DNA from: Anaerolineae bacterium
GTDB taxonomy: Bacteria > Chloroflexota > Anaerolineae > UBA1429
NCBI GenBank assembly: GCA_963675785.1
Contig: OY776562.1
Span: forward strand, 2,720,001-2,784,000
Reading direction: 5' to 3'
Length of the DNA: 64,000 nucleotides
A program made the translations under genes and the position numbers. The notes below the pieces were generated by a model. It did no database searches. It was not told the DNA's origin and saw only the letters and a list, made by a program, of their open reading frames with translations. Shown here piece after piece: positions 9,803 through 19,153 of this stretch (the first letter of the stretch is position 1; each line of letters begins with the position of its first letter).

Positions 9803-9843
9803 TGAAAAACTAGCGTTGCGTTCATCCGAACGCAACGCTAGTT
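9803..9843 (-). terminator. Intrinsic terminator with a 16-bp perfect stem
   Basis: AACTAGCGTTGCGTTC-ATCC-GAACGCAACGCTAGTT (9808-9843), ending in a T-run on the minus strand. Confidence 0.75.
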
Positions 9844-10024
9844 ACATAGATATGGCCTGTTCAAAATATTCTGTTCGTACCAAGCCAATCAGGCAAACAA
9901 GCCGGCTCAATAGAATATATAACCGTAATGGAAGGCAAAAAAATCGGCATGCTCAGGTTATTACCGGTTTGTCTGAATCAGTGGCTCGAAATCACCCAAG
10001 AACGTCAGAGCAACAGTACCCTTG

Positions 10025-10246
10025 TTAACCAGCATCGACCTCGTGCTCGGCATCCGACAAAAGCTGCGATACCCTAAGCTCTGCCTGTTCCAGTTGTTGT
10101 TCGCAGTGCCTTACCAGTGAGATACCCTTTTCGTATAGAGCAACCGACTCATCCAAGGGTAGCTCACCCTCTTCAAGCTTTTGAATGACCTGTTCAAGCA
10201 TTTTGTAGCTTTCTTCAAAAGCCCGGGCCTTATTATCTGTCATCAT
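10025..10246 (-). CDS. xseB: Exodeoxyribonuclease VII small subunit
   Basis: 'FEESYKMLEQVIQKLEEGELPLDESVALYEKGISL'; overlaps the end of xseA. Confidence 0.95.
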   Translation of the reverse strand: MMTDNKARAFEESYKMLEQVIQKLEEGELPLDESVALYEKGISLVRHCEQQLEQAELRVSQLLSDAEHEVDAG

Positions 10247-11462
10247 TCTTGCCTTCCTCATCTTTGTTGTCAGCAATTGAAACTATTGCAACCTCCATGT
10301 CCCCATCAGCAAACCGAACCTCTAGTACTTGTCCTTTGACCACCATCCATCGTCGGGTGATCAGTTTACCCGTCATATCAGAAACAAGCGCATAACCTCT
10401 CTCCAAAACCCGACGGGGGTTCAAGGCCTCTAAGCGCAACTTCTCTCTGGCTATCAGCGATTCCTTACGTTCCAGAATCCCCATTATGACTGTGTTCAAA
10501 CGCAGGGCATTCTCGGCCAATCTGCGCCCGTATTCGGTCAACCGTTGAACCGGTGTCTGCCGCTCCAGACGCATGCCAGCGCGATCTAGCATCTCCCATC
10601 GCTGCTCGATTGCACGCTGCATGGCCTCATCCAGGGCAAAGGTCAGGCCGTTCAGCCGCTCTACGATCTCGACACGATCGGGCACAGCTGCTGCTGCCGC
10701 AGCAGAAGGCGTTGGTTCACGACGGTCCGCACAAAAGTCTGCCAGCGTGAAATCCGTTTCATGGCCAACACCAGTTATTATAGGGATTGGACAATCAAAG
10801 ATCGTTCGAGCGACACCTTCGTCATTAAAAGCCCATAGATCTTCGAGGGAACCGCCGCCCCTTGCAACAAGAATCACGTCAATGCTGGGCTGCTTCTCTA
10901 ACTGCCGGATGGCATCAACAATACTGGCCGGAGCCTCTACGCCCTGCACCAGAGTGGGTGAGATAATCAGTTCGACAAGGGGATATCGGGCCTCAATGAC
11001 GTTTTGTATATCGCGCAATGCCGCCCCTGTTGGCGAAGTCACCACACCAATGCGCCGCGGCCACTCGGGGATATTCTTTTTGTGCTCAGCATCAAACAAG
11101 CCCTCACGTTCAAGCTTGTCTTTGAGTTCCAGAAACCGCTGCCACAAATCCCCAGCACCAACGCTCGATAGTCTATTTACATAGAGTTGGTAATTGCCGC
11201 CGCGCTCATAAACAGAAACATAACCGCGTACCTGCACCAGTTCGCCTTGTTCGGGCAGCCTGTGCATATAGGCCGCCAGCGTCTTCCACATCACACAACG
11301 AATCTCTGAAGACGCGTCTTTGAGTGTGAAATAACAATGTCCCGAAGAAGCCTGCTTGAAATTGGAAACTTCGCCTTCAACCAGCACATCTTGGAGTATC
11401 TCACTACTATCAAAAAGTTCTTTGATGTACTGGGTTACCTGACTGACCGAGTAAAGAATCAT
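10233..11462 (-). CDS. xseA: Exodeoxyribonuclease VII large subunit
   Basis: 'GEVSNFK..SSGHCYFTLKD', 'VARGGGSLEDLWAFNDE', 'GVGHETDFTLAD'. Confidence 0.97.
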   Translation of the reverse strand: MILYSVSQVTQYIKELFDSSEILQDVLVEGEVSNFKQASSGHCYFTLKDASSEIRCVMWKTLAAYMHRLPEQGELVQVRGYVSVYERGGNYQLYVNRLSSVGAGDLWQRFLELKDKLEREGLFDAEHKKNIPEWPRRIGVVTSPTGAALRDIQNVIEARYPLVELIISPTLVQGVEAPASIVDAIRQLEKQPSIDVILVARGGGSLEDLWAFNDEGVARTIFDCPIPIITGVGHETDFTLADFCADRREPTPSAAAAAAVPDRVEIVERLNGLTFALDEAMQRAIEQRWEMLDRAGMRLERQTPVQRLTEYGRRLAENALRLNTVIMGILERKESLIAREKLRLEALNPRRVLERGYALVSDMTGKLITRRWMVVKGQVLEVRFADGDMEVAIVSIADNKDEEGKNDDR

Positions 11463-11522
11463 GCGCCTATTATAGCAAACCTTTCGCGGTTTGTGTGCGT
11501 ATATCTTTTAGCATCTTTATCC

Positions 11523-11551
11523 TTGACGCTCTACCAGGGGGAGGTTAGAAT
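11523..11551 (+). promoter_or_regulatory. Sigma70-type promoter for the 11651 gene
   Basis: TTGACG-17 nt-TAGAAT. Confidence 0.6.
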
Positions 11552-11650
11552 AAATCCAGAGAGACAAATACCCAAGTCTCGTTTCTTTGTCAATGTCGAG
11601 GGTTACCGCGTTAACAATATGCCAGAGTACTCGCAAGAAAGGTCGGGAAC

Positions 11651-12469
11651 ATGAAAGTTCAAGTCGCCCAAGTGCGTATTTTCACGTTTATCGAACAGCA
11701 ATCAATGGATCGCGCCGAAGGCCTCGCCTGGGCTCGAAAAGCAGATGCTTTCGGCACTTTGAGCAAACTCTTTTCACGCCCCAAGGATGAGGAGTTTGAG
11801 CTGCTCTACAAAGAGCGCCGCTACATTCCCTTCTGGCACGCCACCGCCAAGTCCCTCATCACTTTTGATCGTTCGGCCCAATATCCTATTCCCGTCAAAG
11901 GGGCTGAGATCAAGTCAGTAACCATTGAAGGTAACGATTACGGCATCGTTGATGGCAAAGCCATTATTACAGGCATTGAGCACTGCGAACTCGCTGACAG
12001 TGTCCAAGTCTATGTGGATGCCCTGACCGGAGCCAAGAATGCCAAGTTGGCCGAATACCTGGCATTGCAGGCCACCGAAGTCAGCCCCGAGGAGATCGAT
12101 CAGTTGGTGACAGACGGGGCCATCGTCGTCCCGCCCGTTATGGCTGCTCCCAGCATCGCTCGTGAGGCTGTGGCAGGCCTGCCCAAAAAGATCAACGCAG
12201 ACGTGGTCAACGAGGAAACTCTTGAACTCGAAACACTGGACATCTATTTTAGGCCGGTGTACGCCTTCCAGTATCGTTGGCTGACCAAAGAACGCGAAGC
12301 CGTGATCGAGTATGACGGACTGACTGGCAAGCTGGAGATGGATGGACGTGTCTATCCTGAAGCGGCCGATCAGGCAGTGCCAGCAGATATGTTCAAGGGT
12401 GTGAATGAGGAGACCATTCTGGGTCTCTTGCCAGAGGGGCGACTGGCCATTCTTGAGGTTAAAGAATAG
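11651..12469 (+). CDS. Hypothetical protein (272 aa)
   Basis: Clean ORF with RBS (GAAAGG), its own promoter and terminator; no function recognised. Confidence 0.8.
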   Translation: MKVQVAQVRIFTFIEQQSMDRAEGLAWARKADAFGTLSKLFSRPKDEEFELLYKERRYIPFWHATAKSLITFDRSAQYPIPVKGAEIKSVTIEGNDYGIVDGKAIITGIEHCELADSVQVYVDALTGAKNAKLAEYLALQATEVSPEEIDQLVTDGAIVVPPVMAAPSIAREAVAGLPKKINADVVNEETLELETLDIYFRPVYAFQYRWLTKEREAVIEYDGLTGKLEMDGRVYPEAADQAVPADMFKGVNEETILGLLPEGRLAILEVKE

Positions 12470-12481
12470 TTTGAGTCAATT

Positions 12482-12515
12482 AAAGAGAGAACCCGTAATG
12501 GGTTCTCTCTTTTTT
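12482..12515. terminator. Intrinsic terminator between convergent genes
   Basis: AAAGAGAGAACCC-GTAAT-GGGTTCTCTCTTTTTT. Confidence 0.85.
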
Positions 12516-12516
12516 G

Positions 12517-13857
12517 TTAGTATTCGTAACAGCTTCCACCAATAAATTCGCGCAGCAGCGAATCGGGCGGAATGGGCGAATCATCCTCAATAGGGGTAAT
12601 CTCGCGGAACAACTTGGCAACCCGTTCGGCACGGGTAAAGGCGTCCTGACGAAGAGGATCACCACGATATTCATCTGCCCACTGCTTGAATTGTTCACCC
12701 AGCCTGGCTTTGAAAATGGGCAGTTCGTAGGGCAGTGCACTATTGACCACATAATCCACCGTGCTCACATAGGGGATGATGTTACGAAGCTCGCTGCTCC
12801 TCACATAATGCCAATGTTCCAGGGTCTGTTTGGGGTTATAGGCCCTATGCGTAGCATCGCGCAGCATCCTACGCATCAGGCGGATATCCGTCCAGTGCGC
12901 GTAATCCCCTTGCGAATCTTTGACCTGCATGAGTGGCTCGATGTACAGCCTAAAGCAGGACTCTGCTGGAATCCCCTCCAACATGGGGGGATACAACCCA
13001 TGCAGACTGTCGATAAGAATCGCCTCGTTGGACGCCAGCTTCATAGGCGTTTGCGCCAAATGCCGCTTGCCCGTTTTGAAATCATAAAAAGGAATCATTA
13101 CCTCTTTGCCAGCAATGAGCTGACTGAGTTGGGTGTTGATCAGCTCCAGGTCCAAAGCTTGGGGTGTCTCATAATCGTAATCACCAAACTCGTCACGCGG
13201 GTGCATCTCCAGGTCAAAGAAGTAGTTATCTACCGTGAGCGGCACCAAGGAAAGCCCCATCTTGGTCAAAAGGTGACTCAATTTGGTGGTTGTTGTCGTC
13301 TTACCAGATGAAGAAGGTCCGGCTATAATAACAATGCGTATTTGATCCTGTCGTTCGCGAACCAGCTCGGAGGCACAAGTAATATCTTCGTTATAGGCGT
13401 GATCAGTCTCACGAACGATATCAGGGAACTCACCGCGGGCAATGCGCTCGTTCAATCCCTCTGTGGTATTGACGCCGTGCTCTACGGCCCAATCTAGCAC
13501 ATGCCAGAGCTTGTGCCAGGGAATATTGCTGCTCTCTTCAGAGAATTTGCGTGCCGCTCTCTGACGTGAACGGGCTCGCTCATCACGATAGAGGATGTAG
13601 GCCTTGGCCGTACGTGCGTGGCCGTTCTCAATGAGAACCTTTTCGACGACATCCTGAATCTCTTCAACCGAAGGTATATGCCCTTCAGAAGCCTGCTGCT
13701 CCAGCATCTGCACAACTAGATCGGATAGTTCCTCGGCAGTGCTGCGATCACGGCCTCCTACGGCTACGGCAGCCCTATAGATTGCATTGGTGATGCGATC
13801 CTGGTTAAAGGGCACCACAGCGCCAGTTCGTTTGACGACATGTGTAATTTTGGCCAT
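12517..13857 (-). CDS. ATP-cone domain fused to a uridine kinase/phosphoribulokinase-family P-loop kinase
   Basis: N-terminal 'VVKRTGAVVPFNQDRITNAI...SVEEIQDVVEKVLI...AKAYILYR'; Walker A 'AGPSSSGKTT', 'TVDNYF', 'DYDYETPQALD', 'RRMLRD'; RBS AGGAGG. Confidence 0.85.
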   Translation of the reverse strand: MAKITHVVKRTGAVVPFNQDRITNAIYRAAVAVGGRDRSTAEELSDLVVQMLEQQASEGHIPSVEEIQDVVEKVLIENGHARTAKAYILYRDERARSRQRAARKFSEESSNIPWHKLWHVLDWAVEHGVNTTEGLNERIARGEFPDIVRETDHAYNEDITCASELVRERQDQIRIVIIAGPSSSGKTTTTTKLSHLLTKMGLSLVPLTVDNYFFDLEMHPRDEFGDYDYETPQALDLELINTQLSQLIAGKEVMIPFYDFKTGKRHLAQTPMKLASNEAILIDSLHGLYPPMLEGIPAESCFRLYIEPLMQVKDSQGDYAHWTDIRLMRRMLRDATHRAYNPKQTLEHWHYVRSSELRNIIPYVSTVDYVVNSALPYELPIFKARLGEQFKQWADEYRGDPLRQDAFTRAERVAKLFREITPIEDDSPIPPDSLLREFIGGSCYEY

Positions 13858-13931
13858 GGTTCCTCCTGATGTAAAACCTTTATGGCTCGAATATACATGA
13901 CATAAACAGAAAAGTACAGAGGAGTCGCCCG

Positions 13932-15353
13932 ATGGCGAAACGCACCAAGATCGTATGCACACTCGGTCCAGCTACCAGTTCTCCGGATATCATTCGCCAA
14001 CTCATTCAAGCCGGTATGGATGTCGCCCGTCTGAATTTGTCGCATGGTTCTCATGAGGAACATGCCGAACGTATTCGGGTGCTCCGTGATGAGGCCAAAC
14101 TCGCCGGAAGGCCCATTGCCATACTTCTCGATTTGCAGGGACCCAAGATCAGGACGAGCTCCCTTGTAGACGGCAAGCCAGTTGAACTCATTGACGGGCA
14201 GGAGCTGATCATCACCACGGATTGCTGTGATGGCACTGCCGAGCGCGTTGGCACAAGCTATGAGAACCTAGCCCAGGACGTAAAACCGGGGGACAAGATT
14301 CTCGTATCTGATGGGCTTATTGAACTGCGCGTTCAAGAGGTGCGCGGACACGAAGTCATTACCACGGTGACCAACGGCGGTGAGCTTCGCGAACATCAGG
14401 GCATCAACCTGCCGGGTATTCGGATCAGTACGCCGGCCATCACCGAAAAAGATATGGAAGACCTGATCTTTGGCATCGAACAAGGTGTCGACTATGTGGG
14501 GCTTTCCTTTGTACGTAACCCCAGCGATATCATCGAGCTCAAAGAACTCATCAAACAGCACAGTGCCGAAACCAAGGTCATTGCCAAGTTAGAAAAGCCA
14601 GAAGCAATTGAGCATCTTGAGGCCATTGCCCACGTTTCTGACGGATTGATGGTGGCTCGGGGCGATCTGGGCGTCGAAATGTCGCCCGAAAAGGTCCCCG
14701 GTATTCAAAAAGAGATCATCCGTGTGGCTAATTCGTTGGCTTTACCGGTGATTACAGCCACCCAAATGCTAGAATCCATGATCCACAATCCCCAGCCTAC
14801 GCGTGCCGAAGTGAGCGACGTGGCCAACGCCATTTTTGATGGTACGGATGCGGTTATGCTGAGTGGAGAAACGGCTGTAGGCAAGTACCCGGTGAATGCC
14901 GTACGCATGATGAACCGAATTGCTAGCACATGCGACGCACAGGCGGCCAGCCTTGGGACACACAGGCCAAAGGACGAGTTTGAAGCGTTGGGTACTAGAC
15001 CGCAAGCCATCGGTGCAGCCGTAAGTGCCGTGGTGAACAGCATCCCTGTTAAGGCTCTTTGCGTTGTTACCAAAACCGGCAACAGCGCCCGTATGGCTGC
15101 TCATTATAGGCCAAACGTGCCCATCCTGGCTGTAACGCCTGATGAGGTTACTTCTAGAGAACTCTGTCTGTTCTGGGGGGTTGAGCCAGTGCTTTCTACT
15201 TATGCCCGCACCGAGCAAGAATATTATAACAAAGTGAGGCGACTAGTCATTGATCTAGGTTACTGTAAGACCGGCGACTATGTGGTGCTTACTGGGGGGC
15301 GCCCCATTGGCGATGGTGGGCCAACCAACTTTTTGGAGATTATGGGCATCTAG
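13932..15353 (+). CDS. pyk: Pyruvate kinase
   Basis: 'TKIVCTLGPA', 'DLQGPKIRT', 'MVARGDLG', 'ATQMLESM', 'VMLSGETA'. Confidence 0.98.
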   Translation: MAKRTKIVCTLGPATSSPDIIRQLIQAGMDVARLNLSHGSHEEHAERIRVLRDEAKLAGRPIAILLDLQGPKIRTSSLVDGKPVELIDGQELIITTDCCDGTAERVGTSYENLAQDVKPGDKILVSDGLIELRVQEVRGHEVITTVTNGGELREHQGINLPGIRISTPAITEKDMEDLIFGIEQGVDYVGLSFVRNPSDIIELKELIKQHSAETKVIAKLEKPEAIEHLEAIAHVSDGLMVARGDLGVEMSPEKVPGIQKEIIRVANSLALPVITATQMLESMIHNPQPTRAEVSDVANAIFDGTDAVMLSGETAVGKYPVNAVRMMNRIASTCDAQAASLGTHRPKDEFEALGTRPQAIGAAVSAVVNSIPVKALCVVTKTGNSARMAAHYRPNVPILAVTPDEVTSRELCLFWGVEPVLSTYARTEQEYYNKVRRLVIDLGYCKTGDYVVLTGGRPIGDGGPTNFLEIMGI

Positions 15354-16051
15354 TTGGCCCAATCCGGAACAAGACGGGATGCTTGTTGCAGATCCCGCCG
15401 ACAACTATTGGCATCAGGTACAAAACGCCGTACGAGTTGCCAAAAAGCTTGGGAATGATTCAATTCGACTGTATGGCACAGCTCATGAACCAGTACATAG
15501 CGTACCAGCCGAGGGGGTAAAAACAACAGCTTGTAATTGAGACTGACCGTGCCTGACGAGGAATAGCTTCCCCAGCGGGTCTTTTGCCCGCGAATGACCA
15601 CGCGCGAATAACCAAAGCCGCACTGAGCAGCTAGACGATCGAGTGCGGCGGTAAACGAGCGCTTGGCCCGTCGCTTTAACCAACGAATCAGAGCCTCTCG
15701 GCACGCCTGCTGATCACTCACGTTGCCACTGACAAGCAACACCCCTGGTTTTTGTTCCCGCACAGCGACGCTGTCCTGCTCTGCTGTGCGATAGATCACA
15801 CGCCACGTCTCACCAACCACCGGCAGCTTGATCTCGTGGGGTAGCCGGGCCTCTGCCGCACTCGCTGGCGCCTGATTGAGCCGTGTTAGATGCTTTTCCA
15901 CCCAATCGCGCTTTTGCTCAACAATCTCTGGAATGAGACTATGATCAAAACCAGGCGGCACAACTACTACAAGACCAACCTGCGGGGATATCGTCAAAGA
16001 GATATTCCGTGCCCGTTTGCTCTCGCGAACCGAATACTCGATTGGACTCAA
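15350..16051 (-). CDS. YgjP/SprT-like (DUF45) zinc metallohydrolase
   Basis: 'QKTRWGSYS', 'YVLVHELCH...NHSQAFW'; TTG start after GGAGG. Confidence 0.88.
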   Translation of the reverse strand: MSPIEYSVRESKRARNISLTISPQVGLVVVVPPGFDHSLIPEIVEQKRDWVEKHLTRLNQAPASAAEARLPHEIKLPVVGETWRVIYRTAEQDSVAVREQKPGVLLVSGNVSDQQACREALIRWLKRRAKRSFTAALDRLAAQCGFGYSRVVIRGQKTRWGSYSSSGTVSLNYKLLFLPPRLVRYVLVHELCHTVELNHSQAFWQLVRRFVPDANSCRRDLQQASRLVPDWAN

Positions 16052-16105
16052 CCGAACCTCCAATTAGGCCTAGTTCTTGTATTCTATCGTACAAGGGCAA
16101 GATAT

Positions 16106-16135
16106 GAAAAGGGCCCTCGCTAAGCGAGGGCCCTT
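16106..16135 (-). terminator. Intrinsic terminator of the glutamate synthase family gene
   Basis: AAGGGCCCTCGC-loop-GCGAGGGCCCTT, ending in a T-run on the minus strand. Confidence 0.8.
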
Positions 16136-16146
16136 GGGTTCATCAC

Positions 16147-17739
16147 CTAGCCGGCAATGATGCCGTATGCCTCATCACGATAAGCATCCATCACATAAGC
16201 AATACCGGTCACATCTTCAGCTTCACGCGTAAGGGACATGATGTCCTTACGGGCGATGCTCGGCAGAGAGAAATTGCGGCTGCCGGCCATGAGCTGCTGT
16301 AAACCGACTTGGAGTTTGTCAACATAGGTGTACCAGCCCACAGCACCGAGCGGCAGTTCATTCACCTCATCGCCAAAACGCTCCTTGAGGGTCTCATAGG
16401 TCACAAATATCTCTTCAACCGAATCGCCAAACTGGCTCACAGTGCGCGGAAGTTTGCCTTCTTTCAGCCACATACCAATATTTTTGCCGACCATACCAGG
16501 GATCATGATGGCCCGACCGAGACACACGGCGGTCACATACGGTGCTCCCATAGCCAACACCTTAAACATGTGATCCTCTGTAGAGAGACCACCGCCTATC
16601 GCCAGATCGGGGATATAGGCACCACGTTCGGCTAGCTTGTTGCAGAGGTCATAGGTCATGGCTTCGAGGTAAACGGTGGGCACACCCCACTCTACCATCA
16701 TCCGCCAGGGGCTCATGCCCGTGCCGCCAGAGGCGCCGTCGATGGTGAGCAGGTCGATGCCAGCATCCGACGACCACTTGAGTGCCATGGCCAGTTCGCG
16801 CATGGGGTAGGCACCAGTCTTGAGAGTAACGCGCTTAGCCCCCAGGCCACGAAGGCGCTCTACCTCTCGGGCAAACGAGTCTTCATCGACAAAACCAAGG
16901 CGTGAATGACGCTCAAACTGTTTGAGGGCGCCATCCTTGTAGGCCTGCTGAATGGCCAGATTCGAAGGATCTGGCGTTACCAGGTAACCACGCCGTTGTA
17001 GTTCGAGTGCCCGCTCCAGCGAATTCACTTTGATCTCGCCGCCGATACACTTGGCGCCCTGGCCCCATTTGAGCTCGATCGTCTCGACGCCCAGCTTTTC
17101 GATGGCGTATTCAGCCACACCAAAACGCGTATCTTCAACGTTCATCTGCACATGAATATCGCCGCGGCCATCATACCAGCGCCGATAAGTCTCTACTCTA
17201 CGTTTGAGCTCGGGTGAGTTGACCACCTTGCCATCAGCATTTAGCTCCAAACCAGGGTCAATGCCGCACACATTCTCACCGCAAGTTAGCACTACACCCG
17301 AGATAGCCGCACCGGCAGCAAAATGCTCCCAGTTAGCCCGCGCCACCTCAGTTGAACCTAATGCGCCCGAAATAATGGGCATGGTGAGGAGCTCTTTGTT
17401 GGTATTGCCAATCTCACGCTCAGTAGAGACCATGGTGAACAGGGTGTTATCCGGCGTCCCCTCTACACCATCGGGCAATCCCTCAGCACCCAGTGCATAG
17501 CCCTGCACGTTGAAATGCGAGAAATCTACGGGATAGTCTTTATTGCCACCAGCCGTAATCTCACCAAACGGGCCGGGGTAAATCACCTCACGTCCGCGGA
17601 ACGTGGACTTGAAAACTTCACAGTTTCCCGTGCAGCCGTCCACGCAGCGTGTGCATAGGCCAGATTGCGGGACAACGTCCCTGGATCGGTTAGAAGTCTG
17701 GGATATTTCGCTGGAATTGGGACGGGCCAAGTTTGCCAT
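16147..17739 (-). CDS. Stand-alone FMN-binding glutamate synthase family protein with N-terminal Cys cluster
   Basis: 'CTRCVDGCTGNC', 'IELKWGQGAKCIGGE', 'TIDGASGGTGMSP'; RBS AAGGAG. Confidence 0.88.
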   Translation of the reverse strand: MANLARPNSSEISQTSNRSRDVVPQSGLCTRCVDGCTGNCEVFKSTFRGREVIYPGPFGEITAGGNKDYPVDFSHFNVQGYALGAEGLPDGVEGTPDNTLFTMVSTEREIGNTNKELLTMPIISGALGSTEVARANWEHFAAGAAISGVVLTCGENVCGIDPGLELNADGKVVNSPELKRRVETYRRWYDGRGDIHVQMNVEDTRFGVAEYAIEKLGVETIELKWGQGAKCIGGEIKVNSLERALELQRRGYLVTPDPSNLAIQQAYKDGALKQFERHSRLGFVDEDSFAREVERLRGLGAKRVTLKTGAYPMRELAMALKWSSDAGIDLLTIDGASGGTGMSPWRMMVEWGVPTVYLEAMTYDLCNKLAERGAYIPDLAIGGGLSTEDHMFKVLAMGAPYVTAVCLGRAIMIPGMVGKNIGMWLKEGKLPRTVSQFGDSVEEIFVTYETLKERFGDEVNELPLGAVGWYTYVDKLQVGLQQLMAGSRNFSLPSIARKDIMSLTREAEDVTGIAYVMDAYRDEAYGIIAG

Positions 17740-17905
17740 GGTATTACTCCTTCTGAATGACGGAAACACAAATAACGTGACGAAAACCAACACCTGTCAC
17801 TTTTTCCGCCACAACGGGGAATCAGACGGGGACACTCCACAGCTCTGTGGCCGCCTCGCTGGCCGAGGTAAGAGTATTGTCGGAAATGCACAATCTCTAT
17901 AGGTC

Positions 17906-17944
17906 AACATGACTAATTTTAGTCGGGTTCCCTTGCTATTTCAA
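17906..17944 (-). promoter_or_regulatory. Sigma70 promoter overlapped by a palindromic operator
   Basis: TTGAAA(17944-17939)-17 nt-TAAAAT(17921-17916); palindrome AACnnGACTAA-nn-TTAGTCnnGTT (17906-17929) covers the -10 box and start site. Confidence 0.6.
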
Positions 17945-17987
17945 CTTGTAGAGTTCAAGAAGAGCTTTTGAACATTCCAAAGATGGG

Positions 17988-18026
17988 AAAAAGAAAAACA
18001 GAGCACATACAAAGCGCTCTGTTTTT
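17988..18026 (-). terminator. Intrinsic terminator downstream of corA
   Basis: AAAAACAGAGC-11 nt-GCTCTGTTTTTCTTTTT on the minus strand. Confidence 0.75.
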
Positions 18027-18053
18027 ATGAAAGGGAATGACCATTCTTTAGGA

Positions 18054-19040
18054 CTATATCCAGCCCCGCTTTCGCATCCAACTGAACATACTGACCGGCA
18101 AAGCCACGATGGCAACAAGCCCAACAATAAACACTGGCTGACTGGTCCACGCAGAAAAGTCAACCGTCGGTTGAAAAAAGTTCATCCCCCAAAAACCCGT
18201 CAAAAAGGAAAGGGGCATGAATAGTGTGGTGATGATGGTCAATACTTTCATCACATCGTTCATACGATTGTTGATGACGGAAAGATACGTCTCTAGTACG
18301 CCGCCTAATAGATCACGCAAGCTTTCGGTGATGTCATAGAGGCGCACCAGGTGATCATAAATATCGCGAAAGAACACGCGATCCTTATCTCCGACAAGAG
18401 CATAATCGCCACGGGCCAGCTTGTTGATAACCTCTCGCTGAGGCGCAATCATTCGCCTGAGGCGAAGCAGCGAGCGCTTGAGTGTAAACACTTGCTCCAA
18501 CAACTCGTTGGCGGGGTTATTAAAAACATCATCCTCGATATCGTCGATAGCCTGATCGAGGGATTCTATTACCGGCATATAGTCAGCTACCAGCTCATCT
18601 GCAATCCTATACATTAAATAAGCTGCATTGTTACTGCGCAGATGATGATCGCTTTGTGTAACAACTCCCCAGATACGTTCCACAGCCTCCAGAGGGCGAG
18701 GCTGGTAAGTCACAATATAGTTGGCACCCCAGAATACGTCGAGCTCTTCAGTGGTGATTTGCCAAGCGTTCTCAGGATCAAGAACGACTGCGTGCAACGT
18801 AAGATAAAGATACTCGCCCCAGTCATTCAGCCTGGGGGTGTGTGTTTCCTGTAATGCATCTTCAACAGAAAGTGGGTGAAAACCGAAAACATCCAACAAA
18901 ATAGGCTGGCACTCGTTGACATCCTCAGAGACAATGTGAACCCACAGCATCCCCTCTTTATCCTGCAATGCGGCAGAGATTTTATCTGCGTCGAGATTCA
19001 ATGTACCAGAAATGCTCGACCAATAGGCAGAACGAATCAT
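18054..19040 (-). CDS. corA: Magnesium/cobalt transporter CorA
   Basis: 'FGFHPLSVED', 'NNRMNDVMKVLTIITTLFMPLSFLTGFWGMNF' (GMN motif), C-terminal 'KRGWI'. Confidence 0.95.
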   Translation of the reverse strand: MIRSAYWSSISGTLNLDADKISAALQDKEGMLWVHIVSEDVNECQPILLDVFGFHPLSVEDALQETHTPRLNDWGEYLYLTLHAVVLDPENAWQITTEELDVFWGANYIVTYQPRPLEAVERIWGVVTQSDHHLRSNNAAYLMYRIADELVADYMPVIESLDQAIDDIEDDVFNNPANELLEQVFTLKRSLLRLRRMIAPQREVINKLARGDYALVGDKDRVFFRDIYDHLVRLYDITESLRDLLGGVLETYLSVINNRMNDVMKVLTIITTLFMPLSFLTGFWGMNFFQPTVDFSAWTSQPVFIVGLVAIVALPVSMFSWMRKRGWI

Positions 19041-19153
19041 GTCCCCCTCCCCACTATAGGATGGCAAGCTACTGATTCATTATGAGGCGCACATCCATAT
19101 GCGATCGACCAAAGTATACGTCTAGAATCAAAGACGTACAGAAGCAAGTGTGG

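Noticed and set aside
9816-10028. 70-aa + strand ORF in the intergenic gap
   Set aside because: It starts inside the terminator stem, has no RBS and has non-protein-like composition.
11478-11500. c-di-GMP-I riboswitch-like fragment (CAAACC...GAAA...GGTTTG)
   Set aside because: The second stem and conserved GCAAA context are missing, and it lies upstream of the xseA -10 box.
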